A DNA stretch of 23,132 nt from Sulfolobales archaeon (GTDB lineage Archaea; Thermoproteota; Thermoprotei_A; Sulfolobales; NBVN01), in contig JAWBTQ010000019.1 in NCBI GenBank assembly GCA_038841535.1, forward strand, positions 1 to 23,132, written 5' to 3'. Position numbers and translations under genes: made by a program. A model generated the notes under the pieces. That model saw only the letters and a program-made list of their open reading frames with translations. It was not told the DNA's origin and ran no database searches. Below, piece by piece: positions 6,106-15,866 of the stretch; positions within the stretch are counted from its first letter, which is position 1; each line of letters opens with the position of its first letter.

Positions 6106-9081
6106 TCACGGCAAACCGGGAGAGGACTTCTTTATCCCGATCTTAACTGTGAATCCCTCAATATCCCAGGTCTTTACGTAGTATCCCTCCATAGGGGCTC
6201 CCTTAGATAGCTTTGTAGCTCTAACTTCTCTCGATACGTAGTCGCTGAGAGAGTTCAGCGTTGCCAGGATGTCTTCAGAGTCCGAATATATAGTAACATC
6301 TATGAATTCCGAGACGTCGAGGTTCATCTCCTTCCTCATGACCTGTATTCTGCGTATAAGTTCTCGAGCTAATGCCTCCATATAGAGATCCCTATCTACG
6401 CTCTTGGATAGACAAACGGTTATTCCTTCCTCATAAATAGACTCAAAGTCTTTCCTAGAGCATGCTGAAGCATCTGCTACTGTCTCAACACTCTTAACGT
6501 TAGACAGCTTTGATATAACGTCTCTCAGATGTGTTACACCGAGCAGAACTTTATCTTCCGATACTATTATAGCCTCCCGCAATGGCCACCTGATCTTTAT
6601 TCCAAGCTTGTTTCTTAGTGAGGCCAATAGCTCTACTACTTTTAGAGCAGTCTTGAAGCTCTCCTCTAAGTCTGGTCTTATTCTAGCTTCGTCTACCTCC
6701 TCGATCTTTGTTAAATGAACGCTTTCAGACTCCTCGGGCTCGAAATATCTTATGAAGCGTATCCAAAGGGCTTCCGATATGTGTGGAACAGCCGGAGACA
6801 GCAACTTCACCAATCTCTTCAGCACGTAATAGAGTGATGCGTATACTACGAACCTGTCGTCACCTTCTTCACTCCAAACCCTCGGTCTGACGAGCTTTAG
6901 GTACGTCCTGCTTAAGTCCTCAACAGTGAAGTCAATTAAGACCTGCACTGCTTTGTGTATCTCGTACTTAGACATCAGTTCGACGAACTCTTTAGTAACA
7001 GTGTTTATCCTGGAGAGCACCCACTCGTCTTCAACGGATAGCTTACTAGAGTACCTCGTGAGGTCGTGTTCTTTGGGAGAGAACTTGTCTAGGTCCATGT
7101 ACATAGCCGCAAACCTAAAGATATTCCACAGTATGTTCAGTATGCTAGTTGAAACCTTTCTAACTTCGTCAGGATCGAACATGAAGGACTCTCCGGGTGG
7201 GTACCTAAAGAGCAAGTAGAGCCTCATAGGGTCTACTCCAAACCTCTTAATCGCCTCTTCAGCATACACGACGTTACCTAAGTGCTTAGACATCTTCCTC
7301 CCGAACTTGTCGAGGACGTGGCCCTGTATGAGGACCTGCTTATATGGGGCAGTACCCCTATCTATAACTGACGTAGCTATGAGTGAGTAGAACCACCCCC
7401 TAGTTTGGTCAACGGCTTCAGTTATGAAGGTATATGGATACAGCTTGTCGAAGAGGTCCCTATTCCTCAAACCATCGACAGACGCTATCCAGGCAACACC
7501 ACTATCTATCCATACATCGACAACGAAAGGCTCTCTGACCCACTTAGAGCAGTCACGCGTTCTGAGCTCGATCGAATCGATCCACGGTCTGTGCACGAGC
7601 TTGTCATCATCTATTTCGGGAAGAGATGAAGCGAGGTTCTTTAGCTCTTCAATACTACCGATTACGAGCACTCTACTTGGGTCTTCAGAGCATCTCCAAA
7701 TAGGTAGGGGAGTTCCCCATATTCGAGACCTAGATATAGTCCAGTCTTTAACGTTCGCCAACCACGACTCGAACCGGCTTCTATGTATCTTTGGGTAGAT
7801 CTCAACCGAGTTAAGTGCCTCTAGGAGGTTTCCTCTGAGGCGGCTCATAGCTATGAACCACTGCCTATCTGCTCTATAAACTAGCGGGGTACTGCACCTC
7901 CAGCAGTGTGGGTACCTATGGACAACACTCCCCGACTTAACTAAGAGGTTCTTCCTTTCGAGAACTTCGATAACGAGCTTAGATGCCTCGTCTACAGTTA
8001 GGCCACTAAACATTCCAGCACGGTCTTCAAATACTCCACTAGTGTTGACTGTACTAGTGATCGGCAGCTCGTGCTTAGCTCCAAGTTCAAAGTCCTCTGG
8101 CCCGTGCCCAGGGGCGATGTGCACTAGCCCCGTACCCTCCTCTAGACTGACGAACTCTGCGCCTAAGACTATGTGACTATTTCTGTGTTCAGTGTGTAGA
8201 GGTACTTCTTCTAGCAGTGGGTGTTCATACTCTATGCCGCGCAGTTCGGCTCCTTTTTTAACGTCGGAACAACTCCAACTATCTAACTCGAGTTCTCTAG
8301 CTACTCTACCTACTAAAGCTTTAGCTACGTATAACTTCTCGCCTCCCACATCCATGAGGCAGTACTCTGCTTCAGGGTGAACAGCAACTGCTTCATTATC
8401 GACTAGAGTCCATGGAGTAGTCGTCCATATGAGGAGGTACTCACCGTCTTTACCTTTGATCCTGAGCTTCACGTATACTGAAGGGGACTCCTTCTCCTCA
8501 TAACCCATATCAACTTCAGCATCGCTTAGGGCTGTCTCACATCTAGGACAGAAGGGGAGTACTCTATATCCTTCGTATAGCAGTCCCCTCTCCCAAGCTC
8601 TCTTTATTATGTACCACACATACTCTAAGTACTTACTCCTTCTAGTTTCGTAAGCGTTGTCTAAGTCTAGCCAAAGCCCGAGGAGCTCAGTCGCATACAA
8701 CTTCCAGTAGGTTAGGTAGTAGTCAACGAGCTTACTACACTCTCCTACAAATCTCTCAAGCCCGACCTTCTCGGATATATCTCGCTTAGTTTTAATACCC
8801 AGCTTCTTCTCTACTTCTACCTCTACTGGCAATCCCTGCTCGTCCCACCCACCTTGAGCCCAGACATCGTAGCCGAGGATCTTGTGATACCTGAGCACGA
8901 AGTCCTTATATACCCTACCCCTCAGGTGACCAACATGTGGGTATCCATTAGCGGTCGGAGGTCCCTCGAGGAAGCTGAACAGCTCTCTCCCAGAACGAGC
9001 ACGCCACTTAATCGGTATGCTCCTATCCTTCCAGTACTTTCTCACTTCCTCTTCTATCTTTCTCACATCCAGTGGAGGCAA
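6106..9081 (-). CDS. ileS: Isoleucine--tRNA ligase (archaeal/type 2)
   Basis: EGPPTANG-HVGH, WTTTPWTL and GTGLVHIAPGHG editing domain, DWTISRSRIWGTP, DQTRGWF, KMSKH. Confidence 0.97.
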   Translation of the reverse strand: MPPLDVRKIEEEVRKYWKDRSIPIKWRARSGRELFSFLEGPPTANGYPHVGHLRGRVYKDFVLRYHKILGYDVWAQGGWDEQGLPVEVEVEKKLGIKTKRDISEKVGLERFVGECSKLVDYYLTYWKLYATELLGLWLDLDNAYETRRSKYLEYVWYIIKRAWERGLLYEGYRVLPFCPRCETALSDAEVDMGYEEKESPSVYVKLRIKGKDGEYLLIWTTTPWTLVDNEAVAVHPEAEYCLMDVGGEKLYVAKALVGRVARELELDSWSCSDVKKGAELRGIEYEHPLLEEVPLHTEHRNSHIVLGAEFVSLEEGTGLVHIAPGHGPEDFELGAKHELPITSTVNTSGVFEDRAGMFSGLTVDEASKLVIEVLERKNLLVKSGSVVHRYPHCWRCSTPLVYRADRQWFIAMSRLRGNLLEALNSVEIYPKIHRSRFESWLANVKDWTISRSRIWGTPLPIWRCSEDPSRVLVIGSIEELKNLASSLPEIDDDKLVHRPWIDSIELRTRDCSKWVREPFVVDVWIDSGVAWIASVDGLRNRDLFDKLYPYTFITEAVDQTRGWFYSLIATSVIDRGTAPYKQVLIQGHVLDKFGRKMSKHLGNVVYAEEAIKRFGVDPMRLYLLFRYPPGESFMFDPDEVRKVSTSILNILWNIFRFAAMYMDLDKFSPKEHDLTRYSSKLSVEDEWVLSRINTVTKEFVELMSKYEIHKAVQVLIDFTVEDLSRTYLKLVRPRVWSEEGDDRFVVYASLYYVLKRLVKLLSPAVPHISEALWIRFIRYFEPEESESVHLTKIEEVDEARIRPDLEESFKTALKVVELLASLRNKLGIKIRWPLREAIIVSEDKVLLGVTHLRDVISKLSNVKSVETVADASACSRKDFESIYEEGITVCLSKSVDRDLYMEALARELIRRIQVMRKEMNLDVSEFIDVTIYSDSEDILATLNSLSDYVSREVRATKLSKGAPMEGYYVKTWDIEGFTVKIGIKKSSPGLP

Positions 9082-9203
9082 ATCAATAGTAGACCCCTAC
9101 AAAGCTAGATAGCTAAACCTAATAAGCTCCTAAAAGGGAGATCAGCTCCGCAGTCCATACTGTATGAGTTAAATTGAGCCCGATATATGTAGTTCGGTGA
9201 TGG

Positions 9204-10394
9204 ATGGTGCTGGATTTAGCTTCCGCCATACTATGTTCGGTTTCTGCCTTAATCATTCTGTCTAACTCTATCCTGATGTTGCTTGCTTCTTTAAGCAGAG
9301 CTAGGCCACTCGAGCTAAACCGTAGTGGAGTTCAACCTAAAGTTGAGGTAGCAATAGTTGTACCAGCCTATAGAGAGGGGCCTTTCATACACTACGTGAT
9401 TCAGTCTCTCAAGGAAGTGAACTACCCAAAGAATTACTTGAAGCTAGCTATAGTTGGGGAAGAAGACGATACAGAAACGTATTGGGAGATAGCGAAGCTG
9501 TGCGACATCAGGAGCGAGCATATAGACTGCGGCGGCATCAGGGGGGTCTACCTAGTTAATACATCAGGAGAGCGCGGCAAGCCAGCTGCTCTTAATTTCG
9601 CTCTGAAGCATGTTGACGCAGATGTTATAGGGTTTTATGATGCCGAGGACTTAATACACCCCGAGCACGTTTCAATAGCTGTTGAGCTACTCGAGGATAG
9701 CTCCGTAGCTGCTGTTCAGTTCGTTCGTAAGATGGCGAGAATTCCAGGAGCGTTAGGGGAAGCTCAAGCCGCTGACTTCTACTTCTACTACATGGTTTTA
9801 CAGCCTTTCTTAATGCGGTATACGGGGTTAACTGAGATATGCGGTTCCGCTTTCTTCATCAAGTCATCACTCTTAAAAGAGGCTGGTGGGTTCAACACTA
9901 ATTCTCCAGCTGAAGACCTAGACCTAACCTACAGATTAGGGGCTTTAGGATTAAAAGTTCTGCTGGCTCTACCTCATTCAACGACTAGACCGATAGCCAG
10001 CACTTCTAGCTTGATAAAACAGAGAGCTCGCTGGATACGGGGTGGGATACTGTCGATACCTACTGGACTCGGTGCCGCACCTAGGTCTATTCCTTTAATG
10101 CTAGTAACAGGGTTTATGCCCATAACCACGATAACTTCCTCACTAACTTTACTGCTAGGTGTAGTAGCACTACTCACAGGCTCTACCCTTACGTTGTCTA
10201 AGTATGCTATAGTTGCTTTAGTATTTGCTTGCGTACTAGGTGCCGCATCGGTGCTTGTGTCCAACTTCGGTAAGACTCGTATGCTTAGATACCTCGCAGT
10301 CATGTCTTTCGTGTACTACTTAGCTAGCTTGAGGGCTCTTGTCGAGCTATTTACTTCCCCAAGAAGTTGGACAAAGTCGCAATCTAAAGCTTGA
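9204..10394 (+). CDS. Membrane glycosyltransferase family 2
   Basis: VPAYRE, GKPAALN, YDAED (DxD-like), AEDLD, QRARW (QxxRW); N- and C-terminal TM segments. Confidence 0.9.
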   Translation: MVLDLASAILCSVSALIILSNSILMLLASLSRARPLELNRSGVQPKVEVAIVVPAYREGPFIHYVIQSLKEVNYPKNYLKLAIVGEEDDTETYWEIAKLCDIRSEHIDCGGIRGVYLVNTSGERGKPAALNFALKHVDADVIGFYDAEDLIHPEHVSIAVELLEDSSVAAVQFVRKMARIPGALGEAQAADFYFYYMVLQPFLMRYTGLTEICGSAFFIKSSLLKEAGGFNTNSPAEDLDLTYRLGALGLKVLLALPHSTTRPIASTSSLIKQRARWIRGGILSIPTGLGAAPRSIPLMLVTGFMPITTITSSLTLLLGVVALLTGSTLTLSKYAIVALVFACVLGAASVLVSNFGKTRMLRYLAVMSFVYYLASLRALVELFTSPRSWTKSQSKA

Positions 10395-10442
10395 AACGGA
10401 TTTTTATCCGGACTTTGCTTAAAAACTTGGTGAGCAAGGTTC

Positions 10443-12005
10443 ATGAGCTCTAGGATAGAGGAACTGAAGAAGCTCTACGAGCAGGCGATGCTGGGGGGAG
10501 GTAAGGAAGCTATCGAGACTCAACACTCTAAGGGCAAGCTCACGGCTCGCGAGAGAGTCGAGCTACTGGTGGACCCTGGTAGCTTTCTCGAAATAGATAT
10601 GTTCGTCCGACACAGGGCAACAGAGTTCGGCATGGATAGGAGGTGGGTTTGGGGAGATGCCGTAGTTACCGGGCTAGCTAAGGTAGATGGAAGGAGGGCG
10701 GTAGTCATAGCTCAAGACTTCACATTCATGGGTGGGTCGCTGGGGGAAATGCATGCTGCGAAGATAGTTAAGGCAATGCAGTTCGCGATCAGCCAGGGTG
10801 TCCCCATAGTCTTCTTAAACGACTCAGGTGGAGCTAGAATACAGGAGGGTGTGGACTCTCTTAAGGGTTATGGGGACATATTCTATATGAACGTTATGGC
10901 GTCTGGTGTAGTACCGCAGATAACGGCGATTATGGGTCCCTGCGCCGGAGGAGCGGTTTACTCACCTGCTCTCATGGACTTCGTGGTGATGGTGAAAAAG
11001 ACGTCTTTCATGTTCATTACTGGCCCTAGAGTGGTTAAAGCAGCTATCGGTGAGGTAGTCGACGAGCAGCAGCTCGGAGGTCCGGAAATCCACGCTTCTA
11101 AGTCTGGGCAGGCAGACTTTGTCGCCAATGACGACAAGGAGGCCATATCGATAATCAAGAGGCTCCTATCCTACTTACCGAGTAACAACATGGAGGATCC
11201 ACCAGTAGTTAAGGTCGGTGACCCTCCCGATAGAGACGTTCCTGAGCTAGATGAGGTAGTTCCCGAAGACCCTAACGCCCCTTACGACATGTATAGAGCT
11301 ATAAACGGAGTGCTGGATGCTGGGTCGTTTCTGGAAGTGAAGGCTCATTGGGCTAAGAACGCTATAACAGGCTTTGGTAGGATAGACGGTAGGTCTGTTT
11401 GCGTTATAGCTAATCAACCCAACTACCTCGCTGGAGTCCTAGATATAGACTCCTCAGACAAGATAGCGGAGCACGTAAGGTTCTGCGACGCCTTCAATAT
11501 ACCTATAATTACTTTCGTGGATGTCCCAGGCTACATGCCGGGCACCAAGCAGGAGCACGGTGGGATAATAAGGCATGGAGCGAAGGTTCTATACGCCTAT
11601 AGTGAAGCAACAGTCCCGAAGTTAACGGTAATAGTCAGAAAAGCTTACGGTGGTGCCTACATAGCTATGGGGTCTAAACACCTCGGGGCTGATTTTGTAG
11701 CTGCCTGGCCAACCGCCGAGATAGCCGTCATGGGACCTGAAGGAGCTGCTGAAATAATCTGGAGGAGAGAGCTTGAAGCAGTTAAAGACCCGCAGGAGAG
11801 AGCTAAGCTACTAACTAAGTTTACAGAAGACTACAGGAGCAAGTTCGCTAACCCATACGTAGCAGCCAGCCGAGGTTATATAGACTCAGTGATTCAGCCA
11901 AGAGATACTAGGCGCGTGATCGCAAGAGCTCTCGACATGCTGTCTACGAAAAGAGAAGTAAGAATATGGGTTCCACCTAAGAAGCACGGGTTAACTCCAG
12001 TTTAG
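10443..12005 (+). CDS. Acyl-CoA carboxyltransferase (methylmalonyl-CoA decarboxylase alpha / propionyl-CoA carboxylase beta type)
   Basis: GKLTARER, DSGGARIQEG, GPCAGGAVYSPA, DVPGYMPG, RKAYGGAY, KKHG tail. Confidence 0.93.
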   Translation: MSSRIEELKKLYEQAMLGGGKEAIETQHSKGKLTARERVELLVDPGSFLEIDMFVRHRATEFGMDRRWVWGDAVVTGLAKVDGRRAVVIAQDFTFMGGSLGEMHAAKIVKAMQFAISQGVPIVFLNDSGGARIQEGVDSLKGYGDIFYMNVMASGVVPQITAIMGPCAGGAVYSPALMDFVVMVKKTSFMFITGPRVVKAAIGEVVDEQQLGGPEIHASKSGQADFVANDDKEAISIIKRLLSYLPSNNMEDPPVVKVGDPPDRDVPELDEVVPEDPNAPYDMYRAINGVLDAGSFLEVKAHWAKNAITGFGRIDGRSVCVIANQPNYLAGVLDIDSSDKIAEHVRFCDAFNIPIITFVDVPGYMPGTKQEHGGIIRHGAKVLYAYSEATVPKLTVIVRKAYGGAYIAMGSKHLGADFVAAWPTAEIAVMGPEGAAEIIWRRELEAVKDPQERAKLLTKFTEDYRSKFANPYVAASRGYIDSVIQPRDTRRVIARALDMLSTKREVRIWVPPKKHGLTPV

Positions 12006-12370
12006 TCAAAGCTCCTCGCTCTTCCGTTAAAATCAGCTAAAGTTAACGAGCGTTTTCGAGTAAACAGGAAGCTAAACCTACCTAGCTCGACCTCTAGAGT
12101 GTTCATGTAGCCCGATTGACCGTGTAGTGTAGCTAGGGCAGGCACTCGCCTCAGGGTGGTTTCCTAAACCAAGTGCCTTACTTATGCGATACTTAGTGCG
12201 AGAAGTCTTATTAGCGTTAGCGCGCAATTACAGTACACGGTTCCGCAGGCAACGAATCACGCTACCGCTCGCCGAGGGGATCTCAGACACTTTTATCGAC
12301 TGTCTTAGCTTTCTATCGGTAGTTCATTAAAGCTTATATTCGCTAAACTGACATTAGGGTAGTTGATTTA

Positions 12371-13606
12371 GTGGTGATATCTATGACAGTACGTGTAGGC
12401 ATCATTGGGCAGGGGTACGTAGCATCAACACTGGCGCTAGGATTAGCTAGAATTAAGGAGGGAGAGATAGGCCTTAACGGAATTCCGTTTCAGAACTTCA
12501 TTAAGAGCTGTAGAGTTGAGGATGTAGAGATAGTGTCGAGTATAGATGTTGATGCTAACAAGATAGGTTTGTCCCTTCTTGACGTCGCTAGAATGTACTT
12601 CCCTAGTTTGAGTAAGAGGTACGAGTCTTTAGAGGGAATTAGGGTGTCTCCAGGTATACACCTTGGGAGTACCAGAAACCTCCCCGTAAAAGCCGTGGGA
12701 ATAGAGAGTGAAGTAGGTCTAGAAAACGCTATTTACGAAATAGTGAATGAGTGGGACAAGAGTGGTGTTGACGTCTTAGTAAACCTTATTACGACTGAGT
12801 ATACGGAGCCTTTAGAGAGCTTTCACCACTTACATAAGCTAGTTAGATCTAATGAGTACGGAGGTCTTCCAGCGACTTACGCGTACGTATATGCTGCAGC
12901 AGTTTACGCTGAGACCGTGAAGCCAGTAGCGTTCATAAACGCTATTCCTGCTACAGTAGCTAGAAGTAAGTCGATAGTTAAAGCATTCGAGGAGAGGAAC
13001 AGCATTGTTCTGGGGGACGATGGAGCTAGTGGTGCTACACCACTAACTAGTGATATCCTGGAGTATCTAGCCGAGAGAAACAGGGTTCCTAGAGGGGTCG
13101 TGCAGTTTAACATAGGTGGAAACCTCGACTTTCTCGCACTACTGGACGAGACAAGAAACAAGGCGAAAGAAAAGACCAAGAGCACTGTAGTATCTGATGT
13201 TCTGGGCTTCGAGATACCAACCTTCATTAAGCCTACCGGCTACGTGGAGTACTTAGGAGATAAAAAGTTCGTGTCTATGCATATCGAGACCATCGGGTTC
13301 AACGAGTCAATCGACGAAATAGTTGTGAGCGCAAGAATAAACGATAGCCCCGCACTAGCTGGTCTTTTAGTAGACCTCGTTAGGCTAGCTAAAATAGCTC
13401 TTAACTCAGGGTTTAGGGGGACTCTATACGAAATCAACTCTTTCTATATGAAGAGCCCGGGACCTGAGGGATCAAAGTCTATATCTAGGATTGTAGCCTA
13501 CCAGATACTCGTGGACTGGCTCCTGAGGATGGGAGAACTAACGAGATTACCTAGGTACAGTGTACACAACTTCATCCCAGAGCTTAAGAAGATATACGAC
13601 CTATAG
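12371..13606 (+). CDS. ino1: myo-Inositol-1-phosphate synthase (Thermotoga/Pyrococcus type)
   Basis: GQGYVAS, GDDGASGATP, QFNIGGNLDF, GDKKF, RINDSPALAG, FYMKSP. The start may be ATG 12383. Confidence 0.94.
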   Translation: MVISMTVRVGIIGQGYVASTLALGLARIKEGEIGLNGIPFQNFIKSCRVEDVEIVSSIDVDANKIGLSLLDVARMYFPSLSKRYESLEGIRVSPGIHLGSTRNLPVKAVGIESEVGLENAIYEIVNEWDKSGVDVLVNLITTEYTEPLESFHHLHKLVRSNEYGGLPATYAYVYAAAVYAETVKPVAFINAIPATVARSKSIVKAFEERNSIVLGDDGASGATPLTSDILEYLAERNRVPRGVVQFNIGGNLDFLALLDETRNKAKEKTKSTVVSDVLGFEIPTFIKPTGYVEYLGDKKFVSMHIETIGFNESIDEIVVSARINDSPALAGLLVDLVRLAKIALNSGFRGTLYEINSFYMKSPGPEGSKSISRIVAYQILVDWLLRMGELTRLPRYSVHNFIPELKKIYDL

Positions 13607-13611
13607 CTGCC

Positions 13612-14355
13612 ATGATTCAAGAAGCAATAGTTCTCGCAGCGGGATGGGGGGAGAGGTTTAAAAGTAGTGAGCACAAGCTACTCGCTAAAATATTTGGGTA
13701 TCACCTGATCGAGTACCCGATGAGAAGTATAGCGTCTGCGGGGTTACGGAGGCTCCTAATAGTAACTAATGGCTTACTGCTCAAGAAGCTAGAGCATATT
13801 GTGAGAGAAGTAGAGAAAGATATGGGTATAGAAGTAGACTTAGTATTAAACAACGAAGTCAGTAGAGGTAATGCTTACTCACTAGCTCTAGGGCTAAGCA
13901 TAGTAAGAGAAGGGCTAGCCCTAGTTACAGTTGCTGACCACGTCTATCCCTCAACTCTAGTAGAAAGGTTGCTGAAAGGATACAGTAGAGTGTCCCTCGG
14001 GGTTGGTGGAGACAGAGAGCCGAAGCACGTTGAAATATCGGAAGCTACACTCGTGGAAGTAGGTGCTGATGGAGCTATAGAGAACATTGGTAAGAACCTG
14101 AAGTCGTGGAGCTATGTCGACACAGGTCTGCACATAGTTTCGACAGATCTACTAAAGTATACAGGATGCTGTAGATACGAAGGTGAGCTAGCGTCACTAT
14201 ATGAGTGCTTTTCGAGAGCTACACGCCGTAGCGCGGTTATAGACGTCACAGGTAGCCCATGGAAAGATATCGACACGTGGGATGACTACATAAGCATAAC
14301 TCAAGGAAAGAACAGAGTAGTTGCCGCATTCACTATTGAGAGCTGGAGGAAGTAG
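13612..14355 (+). CDS. NTP-transferase, probable CTP:inositol-1-phosphate cytidylyltransferase (IPCT)
   Basis: LAAGWGERF, GNAYSL, DHVY, VDTG, WKDIDT; starts 5 nt after ino1. Confidence 0.85.
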   Translation: MIQEAIVLAAGWGERFKSSEHKLLAKIFGYHLIEYPMRSIASAGLRRLLIVTNGLLLKKLEHIVREVEKDMGIEVDLVLNNEVSRGNAYSLALGLSIVREGLALVTVADHVYPSTLVERLLKGYSRVSLGVGGDREPKHVEISEATLVEVGADGAIENIGKNLKSWSYVDTGLHIVSTDLLKYTGCCRYEGELASLYECFSRATRRSAVIDVTGSPWKDIDTWDDYISITQGKNRVVAAFTIESWRK

Positions 14356-14376
14356 GGTAGTAACATCTAGCGGTTT

Positions 14377-15000
14377 TTAGGCTCGGTTCTTACGGCTCCT
14401 CAACTCCCTCCATGGTCTGTAGCACAGTGAATACCAAAGCCTCTCGATTCTGTCTTTGTTGTGCCTGTAACTGAAAGCCTCTATGAGCTTAGCGAAACTT
14501 ATCCTAATGCTCTTGACTAGAGCCACATCGTCTTCGTAGCTACAAGTTAGTTTCGTAAATAGACCACCGTAATTTTCCTCGATAGAGTGAAGTGGCACTT
14601 CTTCGTACCCCAAGCTACTGAACAACCTTCTTGATCTATAGTTATCAGCTCTAGTCGTAGCTACCACAATATCTGAACCCTCGGCTTCGAGAACATGTTC
14701 TGCAGACGATACAAGGATCAAACCTATTCCTCTCCCTCTGTGCTCCCTCTTAACTACGACATAGTATATTACACCCATTTTGTATCGGGGTTCTAAACTT
14801 AGGGAGTAAAAGAGAGAGGCTCCAAGCGGAGCGTCGGATAGCACCACAAGGCCACGGCAGTAACCTTGCTTAAAGCAGGCCATAGCGTAGTGTGTCTGCC
14901 AGCTCCCCATTCCTTCCTCTATGAGCTCGGCTATGCTTGAAGCTACGGAAGGCTCTGACGAATCTACTTCAACTACCAGTAGTGAGCTCTTGCTCACCAC
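14377..15000 (-). CDS. GNAT family N-acetyltransferase
   Basis: Motif A VVVKREHRGRGIG and motif B NYRSRRLFSSLGY. Confidence 0.9.
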   Translation of the reverse strand: MVSKSSLLVVEVDSSEPSVASSIAELIEEGMGSWQTHYAMACFKQGYCRGLVVLSDAPLGASLFYSLSLEPRYKMGVIYYVVVKREHRGRGIGLILVSSAEHVLEAEGSDIVVATTRADNYRSRRLFSSLGYEEVPLHSIEENYGGLFTKLTCSYEDDVALVKSIRISFAKLIEAFSYRHNKDRIERLWYSLCYRPWRELRSRKNRA

Positions 15001-15004
15001 CGGT

Positions 15005-15367
15005 TCAGCCTCTATATGTAAAGCCTACCTTATATGACCTCGGCTTTAAGACAGCTTTAACCCTCTTAAATATTCTAGCTGGATCGTGGTCCCCCGTTAC
15101 GAGGACGTCTAGAGTAGCGTATCTGTACTCTACCCACGTATGTATTACTACGTGAGCTCCTTCAAGAACGGCGATTACTGAGACACCCCCTTTTTTACCA
15201 CCAAAACTCCAGGACTTTACATCGACTACATTTATTCCTTCTTGCTTTAGTGCTTCCAATACAGAGTCGGCTAGGATGCGCTCATCTCCCAGTAGGCTTG
15301 GGTCAGCATCATATAGGTTTGCGTAAAGGTGCTTACCGACGGGTAAGTAAGCTGACGAACCCCCCAT
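15005..15367 (-). CDS. Pyruvoyl-dependent arginine/SAM decarboxylase (SpeD fold) homolog with catalytic residues substituted
   Basis: GKHLYANLYD, WSFGGKKGGVSVIA and HTWVEYRYATLDV match the crenarchaeal ArgDC paralog as I recall it, but ESH is GAH and TCG is VTG. Confidence 0.88.
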   Translation of the reverse strand: MGGSSAYLPVGKHLYANLYDADPSLLGDERILADSVLEALKQEGINVVDVKSWSFGGKKGGVSVIAVLEGAHVVIHTWVEYRYATLDVLVTGDHDPARIFKRVKAVLKPRSYKVGFTYRG

Positions 15368-15382
15368 AACATAGACCTCGAA

Positions 15383-15856
15383 TCAGCTAGTACTAGCTGA
15401 CTTAGCTCCATACATCTTCTTCAGTATGGTATATAAGGTTACTGCTATAGTCGCTTGAGGTGGAGAATCGCTCGGTAGCTCTGGGATGGAAAGTGCCTCC
15501 ACTGGGATTTCGCTTCTCCCATGCTCGTCACCGGTAAAGATGAGCGCGTAATTGGATTCTTCAAGCTCGACGTCCTCTAACCTTCGAAGGTCGTTCTGCC
15601 CTGGAACAACTAAGTATACCTTATCAAAGCTGAAGTATTCGAACACCTCCTTGATACCTGATAGTACTACTAAAGGTTTACCATACCTTAGTGCGACCTT
15701 GTACGCCTCCGGTACTCCAACTTGAGATGCGAGACCAGTGGACCTAACGACTACAAACATACCGACGTTAACTCCCTTAAATCCATATGCTACCCTAACT
15801 GACTCCACTAACCTGTGAGGTGACGTTACTCCAGAGAGCACGATCGTTAGCGGCAG
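15383..15856 (-). CDS. DUF2122/COG4080 family protein (SPOUT-like; often annotated RecB-family nuclease)
   Basis: TSPHRLVE...GLASQVGVPEAYKVALRYGKPLVVL resembles the family's AAQSGVPE motif. Track start is 15841; a CTG at 15856 has a better SD. Confidence 0.72.
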   Translation of the reverse strand: MPLTIVLSGVTSPHRLVESVRVAYGFKGVNVGMFVVVRSTGLASQVGVPEAYKVALRYGKPLVVLSGIKEVFEYFSFDKVYLVVPGQNDLRRLEDVELEESNYALIFTGDEHGRSEIPVEALSIPELPSDSPPQATIAVTLYTILKKMYGAKSASTS

Positions 15857-15866
15857 AGTGCTCCCC

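Noticed and set aside
12063-12091. TAAACCTAC resembling the element end core
   Set aside because: Only 9 nt match and the flanks do not align.
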